A stretch of DNA of 64,000 bases from Basidiobolus meristosporus CBS 931.73 (GCA_002104905.1 MCFE01000148.1:90423-154422), one strand, 5' to 3'. Positions 24,680-38,900 are shown, counted from the first letter of the stretch. Numbers and translations are program-made. The notes: generated by a model from the sequence alone, not told the origin.

Positions 24680-27600
24680 AGAAACATTAACTGGGATTAG
24701 TTATGCTTGGGTAAGGGAAATCAGTCAGGGGTCCAGATTTTCTAACAGAGTAAATTTGTTGAAATATAAATGATGATGCCCAATAAGAAGGAATTATCCA
24801 TGTAAGCCTTATAAGCAGTAAAGAAAGCCACACACTTACCTTCAAAGAAGTACTCTTTATATCAGAAATAGCCAAGAACCTATCATCTGTAATAAGGCCA
24901 CAGCAGAGTGGCTCAGTATCTGGTTTGACAATTCTGGATGCAGGATAACTGATCAAAATGGTGCCAATATTGCTTTAGGTATCAGAGATTGGAATCTATA
25001 CAACTGGATTTACATTCCATCATAGGTGGAAGCCAATATAGGTAAATCAAAGGAAGAAGCATCACTGCTCTGGTACTGGAGATTTGGACACACCCACTCT
25101 GGTTATTTGCACACAATGATAATGAATCAGCTGATTTCTGGAGTAAAATAGATCCCACAGGTAATTTGGAGCATTGTGAAGCCTCTTTATATGTAAAATA
25201 TGCCAGAGAGCTGTTCAAGACCTCTGGCTTAATCAGACTGTGAAAAAAGTAGATCTAATTCACCACAATCTGTAGGGACCTATGTAAAATTTATCCTTAG
25301 GCAGGATGAAGTATTTTGTCACTTTTATTGATGATTTTACAAAGTACACATGGGTCTATATCAGGGAAAGAAAGTAAGAATTTCTGTCTAGGCTGTAGGA
25401 GCTTTAGGGCATGGTGGAGAGAAAAACTGGTGAAAAAAACAAGAAAATACTCTTAGACAATGGTGGATAATATGCCACAAAACTCTTCATCTGCTTGTGC
25501 AAATTTATTGGATAAAGCAAGACACCACTGCACCATACTCCCCACAGCAAAATGAAGTGGCAGAATATGCAAACAGATCAATAATTAATATGGAAAGATC
25601 TTTGATCTATGACCAGAAATTATCAGGCAATTTTGAATGAAATCAGTGGCTACAGCTGTAAATCTCAAAAAGAGGAGCTATAGCAGAGTACATTGTGTTT
25701 CTCCCACACTTGAGGCATGGAATGGATACAACCCAAGTGCAGAACATCTAAAAATATTTGGGCTTACAGTATATGCTAAGCAACAACTTGGTGATCAGTC
25801 AAAATTTGAGCCAGAAAGTTACAGCAATAAGTGTAAGACATCAGGACTCTACAATACCAAAGCAAAGAAGCTGACCAAGCTCAGCAATGTGCTGTCTGAT
25901 GTAGATTCATGAGTTTTACAAAAAAGAAGCAAGATGATGACAAAAATCTGTTACAAGCCCACCAATGGTTGGGATTGAATTACAGCAGAACAATCAAAAT
26001 CTTGTCACTTCAGAAGACTCAGCAATCATGATATAGCCTAAATCAGTGGCCTGGAGTATCCCTGAAATGAGCATTCCAGTACTCCAATCCAGGACAACTA
26101 TTTGGATCATAAATGGTCCTAATTACTATATCAATGAGGGTACAAGCTTAGTCTATGCCTATTCAGTCCATACTGAGAAACCCCAGACTGTAAAAGAGGT
26201 TCTAAATAGTCCTCAGATAAAGTTTTGGAGATTTGCAATGACTGAGCAGTACTAAGCCCTGAAGGAAAATCAAACTTGGGACTTGGTCAAATTATCTATC
26301 AATCTAAAGATGTTGGATGAAGATGAGTATTGAAGAAAAAATATAAGGCTGATGATAGAGTTGAAAGATATAAAGTAAGACTTATTGCTAAAGGATACTC
26401 TCAAACAAAATGACTTGACTACAGTGAGACCTTAGCACTGGTGGCCAAATTGAATTTTATGAGATTGATATTAGCTATTGATGCCAAATATAAGTTCTCT
26501 ATTCATCAAATGGATGTAAACACAGCATTTTTGAATGGGGAACTTGGTGAGGACATATACATGGACCAACCTGATGCTTTTGTGGACCAAGATAAGCCCA
26601 TTTGGTCTGCAAGCTTAAAAGCTCTGTAAATGGTCTCAAACAATCACCAACAGCATGGAATTGCAAGATTGATTCATATTTGAATCTTTGAGTTTCCAAA
26701 GAAGTATGGCTGACTATAGTATCTAATATAAACCAGATGGAGCATGTTCAGCTCTATTGGCTCTACATGTGGATGATCTTATTATAGCTGCTAATAACTA
26801 AGAAACCATGAAAGAGACTAAATCCAGCCTTGCTAATGAGTTCAAGATGTCTAATCTAGGTGAACTTGGTTACTACTTAGGGATAAAGTTCTCCATACAC
26901 AAAAGTACTTAGACTATCACCATAGGCCAATCTAAGCATATTCAAGATATATCAAAGAAGTACCAAATGGAAGACTGGAAACCAGCAACTACCTCAATGG
27001 AGATAAACCTTAATTTGGTCAAACTCAGCCAAATCCAGAGAGCTTTGTGCTATCTGAAAGCCCAGAACTCCCATACCAGTCTATGTTTGGCAGTCTGATG
27101 TATAGTGTACTTGGAATACATCCAAATATCTCATATTTAGTGGGAGTTGTGAGCCTGCAGAATCAGAACTATAGACCTGATCAAATTGCAGCAGTTAAGT
27201 TGTTTTTTATATACCTATAAGAACTGCTGATTTGTGCTAAAGATACACCTATAAGGATTCAGAGCAGGGTCTTGTGTGATACTCTGATGCTGATAAGGGA
27301 CAAAACTCAGAAGACCAAAGATCCACTACAGGTTACACCATTCTTTACTGTAATGGAGCAAACTCATGGAAATCAAGAAAGCAGCCAACTATAGTACTTT
27401 CCACCACAGAAGCACAGTATATGGCTGCATGTGAAGCTACATAAGAAGCAATGCGGCTAAGAGAGCTTCTTAAAAACTTAGGCTTATGTCAAAAAGCACC
27501 TACTTCTTTACTTCAAGATAATTACGGAGGTATACATTTAGGTAGAAATCCAACTTTTCATGCTAGAGCTAGGCATACAGCTTTCAGACATCATTTCATA

Positions 27601-28030
27601 TCTGAAGCTATATAGAGTAGCTTGGTTAACTTAGCTGACTGTCCTACAGATGAGAAGGTTGCAGACATATTTTCCAAACAATTGGCTAGACACATACTTG
27701 AATATCTTAGGTCACAATCAGGACTAATCAGTGTGAGCATTCAATTGAGTGGAAGTGTTGTAGAGATTTGTAATTCTACCTAAATATTCACCTCACTTAT
27801 TCACACAGATCACTACCTACAAATCTTAGAGAATACTCACCATATTCCTAATTGGTATTTACTTGGAATATTTTTACCAAAATATCATATACCCAGAACA
27901 TGAGAGCTCACAAAGTTGTCCAAACAGCCCCAAACTTGAACACATATTCTTGGGGCCTTCTTAAGCATATTTTGCAGGTTTTTATGCCAGGACCATGTAA
28001 GAGTATAAATACCACTTTTACATTCAACAA
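24680..28030 (+). mobile_element. Heavily decayed Copia family E pol plus 3' LTR
   Basis: Colinear with the reverse complement of 58049-61000 (HQMDVNTAFLNGEL, ALSTTEAQYMAACEA). PPT tgagtggaag, then an LTR from 27756. A second LTR copy starts at about 28032 and ends at about 28220. Confidence 0.85.
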
Positions 28031-28229
28031 TCTTGTAAAGCTTGTAATTCCACCTGAATATTCACCTAGCTTAGTCACTTTCATCATCACCTACAAGTAT
28101 TTAAGAACTTTGAGCAAGTTCCTTGTTGGGATCTACTTGAAATATCTTCACCATCACATCAGGTACTCAGAACATGAGATTTCTCAAGGTTGTCCAAAAA
28201 GCCCCTAACTTTGCACACATTTTTTTTTG

Positions 28230-28790
28230 GCAGGATCAACACAATTTCTTTTGACAGGGGCCTGAGTCCACCCAAAAAGTATGGTAATTGATTTTGGTCA
28301 TGAATCATGGATCTTGTTACATCCGGTAACAGATATATTGTTTCAATGTTCTTACACCTCGTTTTGCCATGGAGAGTATGATAGTATGGTCCCATGAGCT
28401 TGCAGTAGTGGATAAGGCGCTTTGTTTTATATTCTCTGCCAGTATCAGAGCACATTTTCTTGACTTTCTGCCAGTTTCTCTCTCCACCGTGGCTTTAAGT
28501 TCCCCGTACTCAGGCGGTGCTTCTTTCTTACTTTCAATTAAGTAGAACTAGGTGCGTTTCACAAGATTACCAATAGATGCGACCAAACACTTCTTGTACT
28601 TGCGCTCAAATTTCGCACAAGTCCCCATAGACCTGAGTGAGTCGAATCCATTATTTTTGTGGTTTTGGTTGATCTGGAGCTCTTGCGCAGTTTTCTGGCC
28701 TGTTTCCCATATATGCAGACTTCACAGGGCTCCAAATAGCTGGGGATTAATTTAGGAGGCTTAATGTTAAATGATATTCTCCAATCATTT
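28230..28790 (-). pseudogene. Old Copia E integrase-region relic that retains CpG
   Basis: Recognisably similar to about 60180-60700 (ccagtttctctctccacc.tggcttta; tgtttcccatatatgcag..ttcaca) but highly diverged. Confidence 0.65.
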
Positions 28791-29306
28791 CAACCCGGTT
28801 TCTTTAACCTGAGGGCAATTCGACCATATGGGACAAGATATCAATGTAATCAAGTGTACCACCAATCATTCACTGAGCGATGCTACAATATGAAAGCGAG
28901 TCCTGCAAGAAAAATGGCTGGCATTTTGCTACGCCGATGAGAAATCCGCCGAACTGGACACCACAATAAATCCACTAGCGTTTATACCATCGGGTCTCCC
29001 AAATGGAAGCTACCTCCGTGGCTGAGGCGGGTATCTCATGAGCAGAAGGTGTAGTGCATAGGAAGCGTGGACACATTCGAATCTACAGGTGGGCCTCAGA
29101 CTCGAGCACTCTCAATACGGAATATGTTGTGAGAACAGAGCAAATGATCAGAATCCACATGTATTTCCCCAACCTATTCAATCCCACAACCGATGGCAAC
29201 CCATTAAATATCTGGGAATAAGGATCGGTGGAGATTTGCTGACGTATCATTCAGGTCAAATGCATGATATAACCTGGAAAGATGGCGGTTAGCCGTCACA
29301 TCCATC

Positions 29307-30150
29307 ATGGAACTTCCAAATTACCGAATCAAAGGCACGCCAAGCAGCGTCTATTATATTCCCGACTTCATCAGTGAGGTGGAGGAGGCGTATCTCCGGA
29401 AACAGGTAGGCTTCCTTTGGCACACGGGCTACGAAGGGGGGCGGTTGAAGCTGCGGACGGCTTACCTTTGGGTTTTGATTTTCTCTAGGTGTACCTAGCC
29501 CCCAGGCAGCGTTGGGTTCAACTACGCAAGCGTAGACTTCAGAGTTGGGGTAGGGGTGGTATGGCTAATGCGCTTGATGGAGCGCTGCTAATTCGTTTGA
29601 CCTAGGCGGAACCCCAAGTGCAGAGGGCATGGCTCTGGAGGCACTTGAGCCTTGGCTGACTGCGCCTTTCAAGCGCTTTGAGCGGCTTGGGCTGTTTAAA
29701 GACATGGGGGACGCGCCAAACCACGTACTCATCAACGAGTACCTAGCTGGGCAGGGGATCATGGTAATTTGGCCAACCGCGCTGTACGGCAAGCAACTGA
29801 CTGGACCTAACCCACTTTGCCTGTAGCCTCACGAAGATGGGGCCTTCTACCACCCCACCGTCGCCACCGTCTCCCTGGGCTCTCACACAATACTGGACTT
29901 CTATCCCTCACAAGAGTCCCTCGGCGCCCCGGAATTCTCTTTGCTGCTAGAGCCGAGAAGTCTCGTGGTGCTGACGGAGGACGTGTACCTGAGATACAAG
30001 CACGGGATCGCCGAGACGACGGTGGATGATTTATCCAAAAAGAAGGTCCTCAACCTTCCATACGACATGATCCCATGTACACTGGAGAGAACAACTCGTC
30101 TATCACTCACCTATCGAAGCGTGAAAAATGCAAACGACCGCCAATCATAG
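29307..30150 (+). CDS. ALKBH6: AlkB homolog 6-like 2OG-Fe(II) dioxygenase, 4 exons
   Basis: Exons 29307-29405, 29489-29549, 29606-29763 and 29827-30150, all GT-AG. Motifs VYYIPDFIS, WVQLRKRRLQSWGG, NHVLINEY..GQGIMPHEDG, LLLEPRSL, YKHGI and RLSLTYR. Confidence 0.92.
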
Positions 30151-30663
30151 GAGACAATCTGTTCCAACGATTTCGGGTGTTTGAGCTGAGGAAGGATATG
30201 CCCACCCACACTTCATCCTGGTTTGACTCAATCTCAGCAATAAAGAGCTAAGAAATCGTACCTACCACTCACCACCCATCATCCATCATCCATCACCCGT
30301 CCCCGACAAGGCCGGCTTCCCTGCAAATCCCTTGGTTGCCACCTATGGAATCCAGAACTCATGGACGCGTGATGATGTCCGATGATATGAACAGAATATG
30401 GATCTGTGCGTGAGGTCACTAGTCCGCTCACATCCGGACCTATCGCTCAATTTCCAATTTACCATTTCCAGAGACTTTTGTGGAATCACCCTGGCTCAAT
30501 CTGAGGAGGTTGACTGGAATCTGCAACCAATCATTGTACCGGGAAGTAGCATAGAGGACCGTACGCTGTTCATTCACCTTCATTCAATAAATAAGCCTGG
30601 CCAGTTGAAAATTACGTATACGTCCCATAGACTCGCCACACCCAGTCCGTCGTCGCCACTCCC

Positions 30664-32293
30664 ATGAGTCAAAACCACTACTCCGCTCATCGTGCCGGTC
30701 TCTCTGAAATCCAGAGCGACTGGGGCATGATCAAAGCCAAGGAGCTCATTCAAGTCCAAAACGTCATAATCATGTATGTTCGAGGGGTTTCCCTTGTTGT
30801 CCTATATCCACACTCACCTGTTACTATCACAGCGATGGAGAAGCGAGCCTGGAGTCTGCTGTACAGGTACTGGCCGTTTGTTCGTGTACGCTTTCGTTCC
30901 CCCAGTAACCAACCCCGTTGAGTAGACCTTGATCCGTGGTGGGGTTAGTTCAGCACCGATCTATAGCCAGGAAACCAACAACTTCATTGGAATGTTCGAT
31001 TATCGGGACATGCTTACCTACGTGTTGGCTGTCAAGGAGCGAAGCAGCATCCTACAAAAAGAATCCTCCCCCGAGATCGCTGACCTCATCAAAAGGGCCT
31101 CCAACGCCGAAAGCATCCCAGTAAAGCTCGCCTCAGGTACCTCCAGCATTGGTAGAGCGTAAGGTCGTTGTCGCCTATAGCTAACAGGTGTGCACTCTCC
31201 TATCTAGACTTGTCCCAGAGAAATCCGTTTTATTCTGTAACGGAGGACACCTCGCTCATTCAGATCCTGGACCTGCTCAGCTCACATGTGCAACGAGGTA
31301 TCTCCCCAATGATTTTGCATGGTTGGTAGAGGTGGACTGAGGTTTTCTTATTCCCCGTAGTGGTCGTCGCCGATAACGAAGGAAAACTTACGGTAAAGCT
31401 AGCAAACAAACGCACCCCAACAAAAGGCTACTAACACACCTGACCTTAGGGGATTCTGTCCCAATCTCTGATCGTAGAGTACATTTTCACCAGAGTATGT
31501 GGTTGTTGATTCTTCTCGATGTGGTTTGCTATTGACGCGTTGATGTTGGTAATCTAAGCTGGAGCACTATCCAGACCTCAAAGCGTTGTTTATGAAAACG
31601 GTACAGTCGCTCGCATCTGTGAGGCTCTCTATGTGTTGGTGTACTCACCTGCTCTCCCTCTCCGTCAGTTACCAGAATTGAATATGGGCAAGACCGAGGT
31701 CATCTCCATCAGTACAGACCGGCCGGTTATTGACGCAATGGCTCTGCTAAGTCCGGACCATTAATTCGCCTTAGCGCATCATTCTCTTTTAACATTGGAT
31801 TCTTTCTTAGTCCGCTCGGGGTTGTCATCCGTTGCGGTAGTTGATCCTTCAGACCGTGTGCTGGGAAACATCTCGTTATCCGATGTGAAGGTAGTCCGAT
31901 GTGATGTTTAATTGACCGGAATTCGATCTAAATGCAACATTTGTATAGCAATACATACAGAAGAACTATCGCCAGGCAATCCTCCATGGCACCTGTCTCC
32001 AGTTCATATCGCAGATACGCATGGATCAAGGGCTGGAGTGCGGAGCGGTAACTGTAAACTACAATCATGTCGACTTGAACGCATTAGACTAAAGCAAAAT
32101 CACCTCTCGGTAGGACCACGCACCTATTTACGATGTCCCCCCTAATGCCACCCTCCATCATACGGTGGCCAAGATGTTGGCTACAAAAGCGCATCGCATC
32201 TGGGTTTCTGATTCCAATGGGCGTCCAGTTGGGGTGGTCTCCCTCACAGACGTTGTGAGACTCCTCTCGGGACTGCAGAATCAAGCCGAATGA
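30664..32293 (+). CDS. SDS23: Sds23/Moc1-like CBS-domain protein, about 11 exons
   Basis: The spliced translation gives SSAPIY, GMFDYRD, DLSQRNPF, GILSQS, SSVAVVD...GNISLSDVK, TCLQFISQI, VAKMLATKAHRIWV and GVVSLTDV. One donor (GTCCGG, about 31751) is weak, so the exon structure is approximate. Confidence 0.85.
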
Positions 32294-33514
32294 TAGCAAG
32301 CGCCGCCTTTTTGTAGCAGTCCGTGGGTAGAATCGATATTCTTGGTGACTGACCCAAGCCTACCCTTGCTCCACCCTTCTTCACACGTCTATTCAACAAT
32401 AAATATCCACAATTTTTATTTGCTGGGGACCCGCTCTGATGGGTGCAAGGCACAGTGTAGAAGCCGAAATCACCTCGAGTCTGGCACCCACATTCACATG
32501 CTGAGTGCACCTGGCGACCATTACATTGATATTTGGGGAATGCTGGCGTGAGACCGATCCATATTTGGTATCGCACGCGTCACCCATTCCCGAATCCCCA
32601 TTTGCCCAGACACCTGATGTATGGCTATCTGCAGATGTAGTTGCCTAGTGGATGCTGGTCAATACACACCATCCAAATGCTATCCAGAAACGATAGCGGG
32701 CATGTTAGGATTGTTCGATTAGGCCAGGGGCACTACTCCATTTCCGAAGGGTCCAGCAATGGATATGCCATTTGCTACCGGGAGAGCTGTTATCTTGCAG
32801 GGCCGATAGTCTAGTAGTAGCAGTGGACTCCATCAGAGGGGGGCTTACCATGGCCATCTACCACTGGCGTTTTGTTCTCGGGAATTCCTGATCGACGGTG
32901 TGAGGATATAGGCCAGTGCACCATCCCATCCACACTCCCTTGTTGAGTGCTTTGGACGAGCCAATATGGATCCTCTCACGGAGAGGTGCGCGTGCTTTGA
33001 AGTTTGGAGAATCCCGCCTGGAAGGGTTGCACACAAGGTTTTGTGCAACAGCTCCGGCATTCGGAAAAACGGACCCTTGGCGAATCGCTGGATCAAATTA
33101 CCGTGGGTCTGGACATTCTGGTACGCATACTAGTGCAGGAGCGCAACGAGCTGAGGGGTGACAGTTGGCAAACATATATACCGCCTAACTGGTGTGAGCC
33201 GATCAGTGTGGTTTGGATTGATTAATTTTAATTAGATTTGGAGTTCCAGTTGGGATGATTATTGTTCGGACATCATTAGAAATGTGGTGGTAGGTGAGGG
33301 CTTAGGTTCGCTAAGGTCGACGATGATATGGTAACGTGGATGCAAAATTGGCAAGGTCTTGGGAGCAGGTCGGGCCATGAAGCAAATCATCAACGCTCTG
33401 GAGAGTTGCACAAATGAGCCCAGCGGTGATGCGGAATAGAGGAAATCACCTTGCCGGACGTTGAAACAGTGGAGATCATACAGAGTCTATCTACATACAA
33501 TGCAACAGCAGGGC

Positions 33515-33847
33515 TCAGCGAACTAACTTTGGTGTCAGTGTGAATTTTAGCGTATCGAATCTAGGAGAGTTTGTGTCTCCAGGGAATCCCAGGGCGATGG
33601 CATCGTCAAACACCACCTCTTTCAACTTCATCCGTGCACCATTCAAATCGTCCGAGTATACGAAGTCCCCTGCTACTGTGTAGGGCTTCTTCGGAGCCTG
33701 GAATCCGGTCGAGACATCGCTGTTGAGTGACGCGTTGTCTGTTAGTTTTTGTTGTCGTAGTAGAGGCGTGGTCGACCCTTTGCTGGGGTTTTTTGACAAT
33801 CGCTTTAGCAGGTCAGGATGACAACCGGCATTAAGAAAGGAGAACAT
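33515..33847 (-). CDS. Small intronless hypothetical protein (about 110 aa)
   Basis: Open frame MFSFLNAG...FDTLKFTLTPKLVR. It is preceded on the minus strand by TATATAAAC (about 33918-33926) and an A-rich leader. Confidence 0.5.
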   Translation of the reverse strand: MFSFLNAGCHPDLLKRLSKNPSKGSTTPLLRQQKLTDNASLNSDVSTGFQAPKKPYTVAGDFVYSDDLNGARMKLKEVVFDDAIALGFPGDTNSPRFDTLKFTLTPKLVR

Positions 33848-34995
33848 CGGAAGTTTACAGGCGATGATGACGATCACTGGAGGTTATTGGTTTGTTTTCT
33901 TTGTTCAGACTGGCTTGTTTATATATGGCAGATCGAAACGTCACTTGGTTGACGATTTTGGTCAAGATTAGCGATACCCAAGCCATCACTTTAGGCGGCA
34001 GTCTCAGGAAGCTCTACTGATCATGCAGTACTGATTTCCATGAATTGGCCTTGCAGTTTAGAGTGTTAGGATCGACGTATTCATCCTCTCCTTCCACTAG
34101 TAATTAGTCTAGATTTAGTACGATCTGTACCTTAATGAGGCTGCAATATCACCCAGTCATCGCTATTCGTGCACATCATCACAAAATCCTCGCGGTTGAT
34201 ATGCACAACTGCCACAATGCCATTGTTGTCGAGGGGGGGGGGGTTGGATCTGGAATATCGGAAAGTGCCATCATGCTTTAGGGAAGAGGGAGGAGATCTC
34301 CACATTGCTGTATGCGCATAAGATGCGGATTCTCCAGGTATGCTGCATTGGCATTGAGCTCCTACCTCGGTACCACTTGTTGGTCCATCCGAGATCCGAG
34401 AAGCCTAAAGCTAGGCCTAGCCCATCGTCGTAGTCGAATTGATTTCTATGGAGTGGGGGGGGCCTCGTCTTGCTGAGTGCAGTAAGTAGGAACGCGATAA
34501 ATGTTTAGTCCCCGTTGACGAGCGTCTGAACACACAAAATCAGTGGGCAGTGCCAATACCAAGTACTACCTCTAATATTACAATTAGGCACTTTCAGGTA
34601 AGTGACCATTGGCTACCATGAACAGGCGATACCTATTGGCTCTTCAAAATAGGAATCCTGGAGGTTTGCATTGGACGAAAAGGGGGCAAGGGTTGCAGGG
34701 GATCTGGCATTTTCCCCAGAAACCCCAGCAGTTTCCTGTTGCACCCCCCGGCTTTTGGCATGGAGAGTCTGGGTCATGTGACAAGCGCTATTCGGCAAAC
34801 CGATGATTGAGGGCTTCATGAGGGGTTTCGACAGATGTTTACGCACTATCTACCGGTAGCATGCTACTTGCTAGATTGTTCAATAACCTATTATATCGGT
34901 CCGATAGCTATACCGGAATTTCATCACGGGTCTATAGGATCCACGGGCCGCATTGATATTTGCCTTGACAAAAAACGATGGGTTTATTAACTTGG

Positions 34996-35920
34996 TCAAA
35001 TAGTAGTCGAATAATTATCGATATTCCTAAAGGTAGGCGGTGCATCGGGGTAGTGGATTATGGGAGGATACCCAGGATGAGTTTCATCATTATTTGATGA
35101 CTCTGGCAGCTGTGATGGTCTAGGGTGCAATACCAGAGGTGATTTCGAACCACCAGCTTTACTTCGACCGTTATAGGCCGGTGATTCGGGGTCTAGCTCG
35201 ACTCCACTAAACTCCCCGGTCCCCGGGGGAATTCCAACAGAAAACAGCACCGTCCCCTGGTGGGCACTGCCCATCAGTGAATCGTTATCGAAACACTCTC
35301 TGGTCGTGGAGATTTGGCATTTGTCAAACATGGTAGAGCATATTTGACCGGGGTCATTCAAAGACCTGCGATATAAGAGATGGCTCAGTGAGAACATCCG
35401 GATTAATTGACCAACACCCACCCTTGACTATGAAGACTTGGACTGGCTTTCTTCTAGAGGAGACTAAATGAGCTCTGGGGAAACAGAAACAACCTTAAGA
35501 ACCAGCTTACTCTGACATCAACGACTCGGACTTCCCTGTTGTAGTACCTTTTTATCAAGTCTTCATGGTCCACAGCAGAAGAATACTGGGATCGAATAAG
35601 TATTGAGCCATTCAGGTCAATCCAGAGTTGGAAATTACCAGATGGCACGCATCCTTAGAATCAAACATCAGCAACACCACCTTACGGTCACAGAGGACGG
35701 AAAGCTCATGAGCCTTCTTTATCAACCCGCTACATCGTCGACTAAAGGTAACCTGAAGGCTCGAGTAAATATCAGTATGGTGACATCTCAATCTCGTGGA
35801 TCAATTACGTGTTTTTGCTTTTCGTTCTCGATCGTCTTTATCTGGAAGCAAGTGTGTTAGAGCGGCAACAATGTTTTGTGGCCAAGGACGCCTCACTACC
35901 TTGAGTTTCTTGCGACCCAT
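34996..35920 (-). CDS. MADS-box transcription factor (MEF2/Rlm1-like type), about 6 exons
   Basis: Exons 35920-35900, 35841-35809, 35752-35639 and 35585-35511, all GT-AG, give [49 protein letters not shown]. The downstream exons joining the 34996 stop are less certain. Confidence 0.88.
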
Positions 35921-38900
35921 ATCAGCAGGATTTTCCAATGATGTAGAGATACCAGTCTCATGAAGGTAGCACGTATTTAAGTTCTATTGAGAGGCGATAA
36001 TTCATGGCCCTAAGATGCCTATTGGCCGTTTAGATAGAACACATAAGCCTACAAAATAGCAAAGAACAGTTGGCAACTAGCCACTCGACCCTATTTTGAT
36101 GTTTATGAGTGGCTGTTGATAAAGCCAGGTAAAGGGTACCAGCTTATCTTGACTAATTACTGCCAATCAAGCACCTCTTACCTGCACCGCCAAGACGTTG
36201 TCAAGGTGAATCCTCCGCCCATCACCCTGGCAACCATACGTGAGTCTGGAACCTCCTACACTGCTGGCCAAACAATTCCGAATTATATTGAAACGATGAA
36301 ACATCTCGAGTGTAATAATACTCGTCGTGTGAGTTCCATCGACAACTGGTGTTTCCTCTGATCGTCTCATAGTGAAACTGCCCAGTCAGTTAAGCTTCGG
36401 TGATGACTTCGGCCTCCGCCTCAATTTTCAGGGGACGGCCACTCTTCGGATCAGAGTCAAACATACGTGGGCCCATGCTGTTGCGAGGCAATCTGATAGC
36501 AAACCACCGGTGTTATCCGATTAGTGGAGATTAGAGTGTATCTTGGGCATTTATGCGACCATCTCAATTCCGAATCACTAGTAAGCAAGGCCCCAACAAA
36601 GGCCTTGGGGTCCACCAACACATTTCGAGATCAAGCATAGCATCTGTTGCCATTGTAACCGAAATCTGCTTGGTAGGCTAACCCAGCCAGTCCCCATCGA
36701 GGGGGAAGCTTGACACTTGGATCAGGTTTCATCAGTTTCTTGATAAGATTATGCTGGAACCTATGCAATTAGGACTCAGCTCAGCATAATCTCCGTCGCT
36801 GGAATATACCCACAACCCCCCCAGCATGTATGTTACCGAGAGATTACAACTACGACACACAGATAAGCTGGATCAATAGGCTGCTAGCGGCATTCGAGCA
36901 ATGCATTCCCTTTGGCTATTCTTAATTACACTCACGGCTATCTGTGAAGAGGTCATGCTGATGTGTGTTTTGCAACCTCGCCCAGTAACCTTCACGGCGG
37001 TTCGATTGCGTATGCCTGCCTCGCACTCTTTCACATGTTGTTCGAATAGATTTTGAGTTGCTGATATTGAATTACGACGGCATGAGGCAGACCCATGCAA
37101 AAGGTTGGGTGCTGGGAGGGGTGGGAATCTGAGAGGGCAGAATCGATAGTATGGATTTCCGAGGCTCCCTCATGGTGGCACCAAATACCTCGTGGTGGAC
37201 TCTTCGAAGTATCTGGTGATCGGGTTGGAAACAGGTAGCCAATTCATCGTTTTGCCTAAATGTTTAACCACGGCATTACATCTCATCCAACGAACCCAAT
37301 CAAGAATGCAATGGATTCGGTGCATTCGAACTCCTTCGCGCTCAGTCTGTGGCAGCAATACCCGTTGCCGCACGTTACCTTTTGACCATCCTCCAGCTCC
37401 AATGGCTCTGTGATTGATTATCAAGCGATCAATCATCGGGGAATGTAGCGGTACGAATGGAACGCAAACTGCCGCCGCGGACTGAAATCCATGTACCCAC
37501 TCACCATACCACCAGCACCATCACTTTGGATCTCTTATCTGAAAACAGATCAATCTGCGAAACCGAACAAATACTGTGGTTTCGTGTTCCAGAGAATGGG
37601 GATACCAATATAGGGCGAGCCTACCTGCGATCCCCCCAGTGATCAGGTTGGATACCAATCGGTTCTGGAAACCCGATAGCTCTGTGCTATGCTTCACGAA
37701 TGGATTCACCGTTGGTGTTCATCGGAAATTTATCTGCGCATGGCCAATTTGGAGCAGATTTAGGGGCCGTCTCCACCGCCATCTTCACTCAGGGCGAGAT
37801 AGAACCCAGTGGCCAATGATTGTGGAGGCCCTGATGAAATCAATAGGAAACTGTGTTTGCAGGCTCCTCATTTCCCGCAAATAAAAATGAAGCAAGGCAC
37901 TTCATGCGTAAACTATTGACTGTGAGAGCAAAGTGGATCGAAGCCCAGCCCAGCCAATCAGGGGGAAGATCCACGCATCGTGTTCTTGCCCATGCGGAAC
38001 TTGGCCACAGAGCATCCAAGATTCGTGGTAACTTTTCCAAACCCAAGTGCTGCTCTGGCCTCGGAAATATCTTTTGACGGAGACAACCACGCCCCTCTGC
38101 AATCTTCCCACATGCATCTGAGAGTCGGATCTTCGCAAGTACCTTCCAGAGGATCGCTTTTGGATTGACAATCGATGAAGTAACCAGCACAGTCTGCCAC
38201 CCGGCATTCCTCTGCACACATACACCGGGTGCATGGAGCCTGTCAACCATGGACATACTCTAAAGTCGAGGCGTGCCCCCACCCCTAGTTCTCTACACCC
38301 GCTGCGATTTCAGGGATGCGCTTGTTGGATACCCTTCCAGAGTGCCACCCCGGAGCGAGGTGTCCATGTCCCACCAAATATTACTGAATGCACTCAGATA
38401 TATTTCCTACCCTCTTTTGGCAATGGACCTTCCTGATTGAGGAGGCTGAATATCGAAGTTATGTCACCCTAATCACCTACCCTGCCTGCCTAATCCGGCA
38501 TGTCACCAATATATCACTGTGAGAGTATCGTCGAGAAAATATCAGCTACGCATCGAATAGGTAGGGCGAGGACTCTTTTTACTCATTTGGACCTGCAGGA
38601 ATAGCATCTGTCATATTTTCATAAACCAATAGCCAGATTTGTAGTACGCAGAGTAATCGTGTGATGAGTTTGATGCTTGCTGGATATATCTGGTAAATCG
38701 TCCTACTCGATGAAGAGGTACTGCTACCTAGGAACTCTGGTCTCATGATCATCTTCTCGGGAGAATGGTGCTTTCGGATACGCACGCCTGTCGTCCACGA
38801 TGGTACCAACAGTGGGTGCTTATCTTAGATCTATGAGGTACGTCTTTGGGATGTCCAGTGACCCCGCCTAAACTGGGGCAGACAACATGTATGTGGATGG

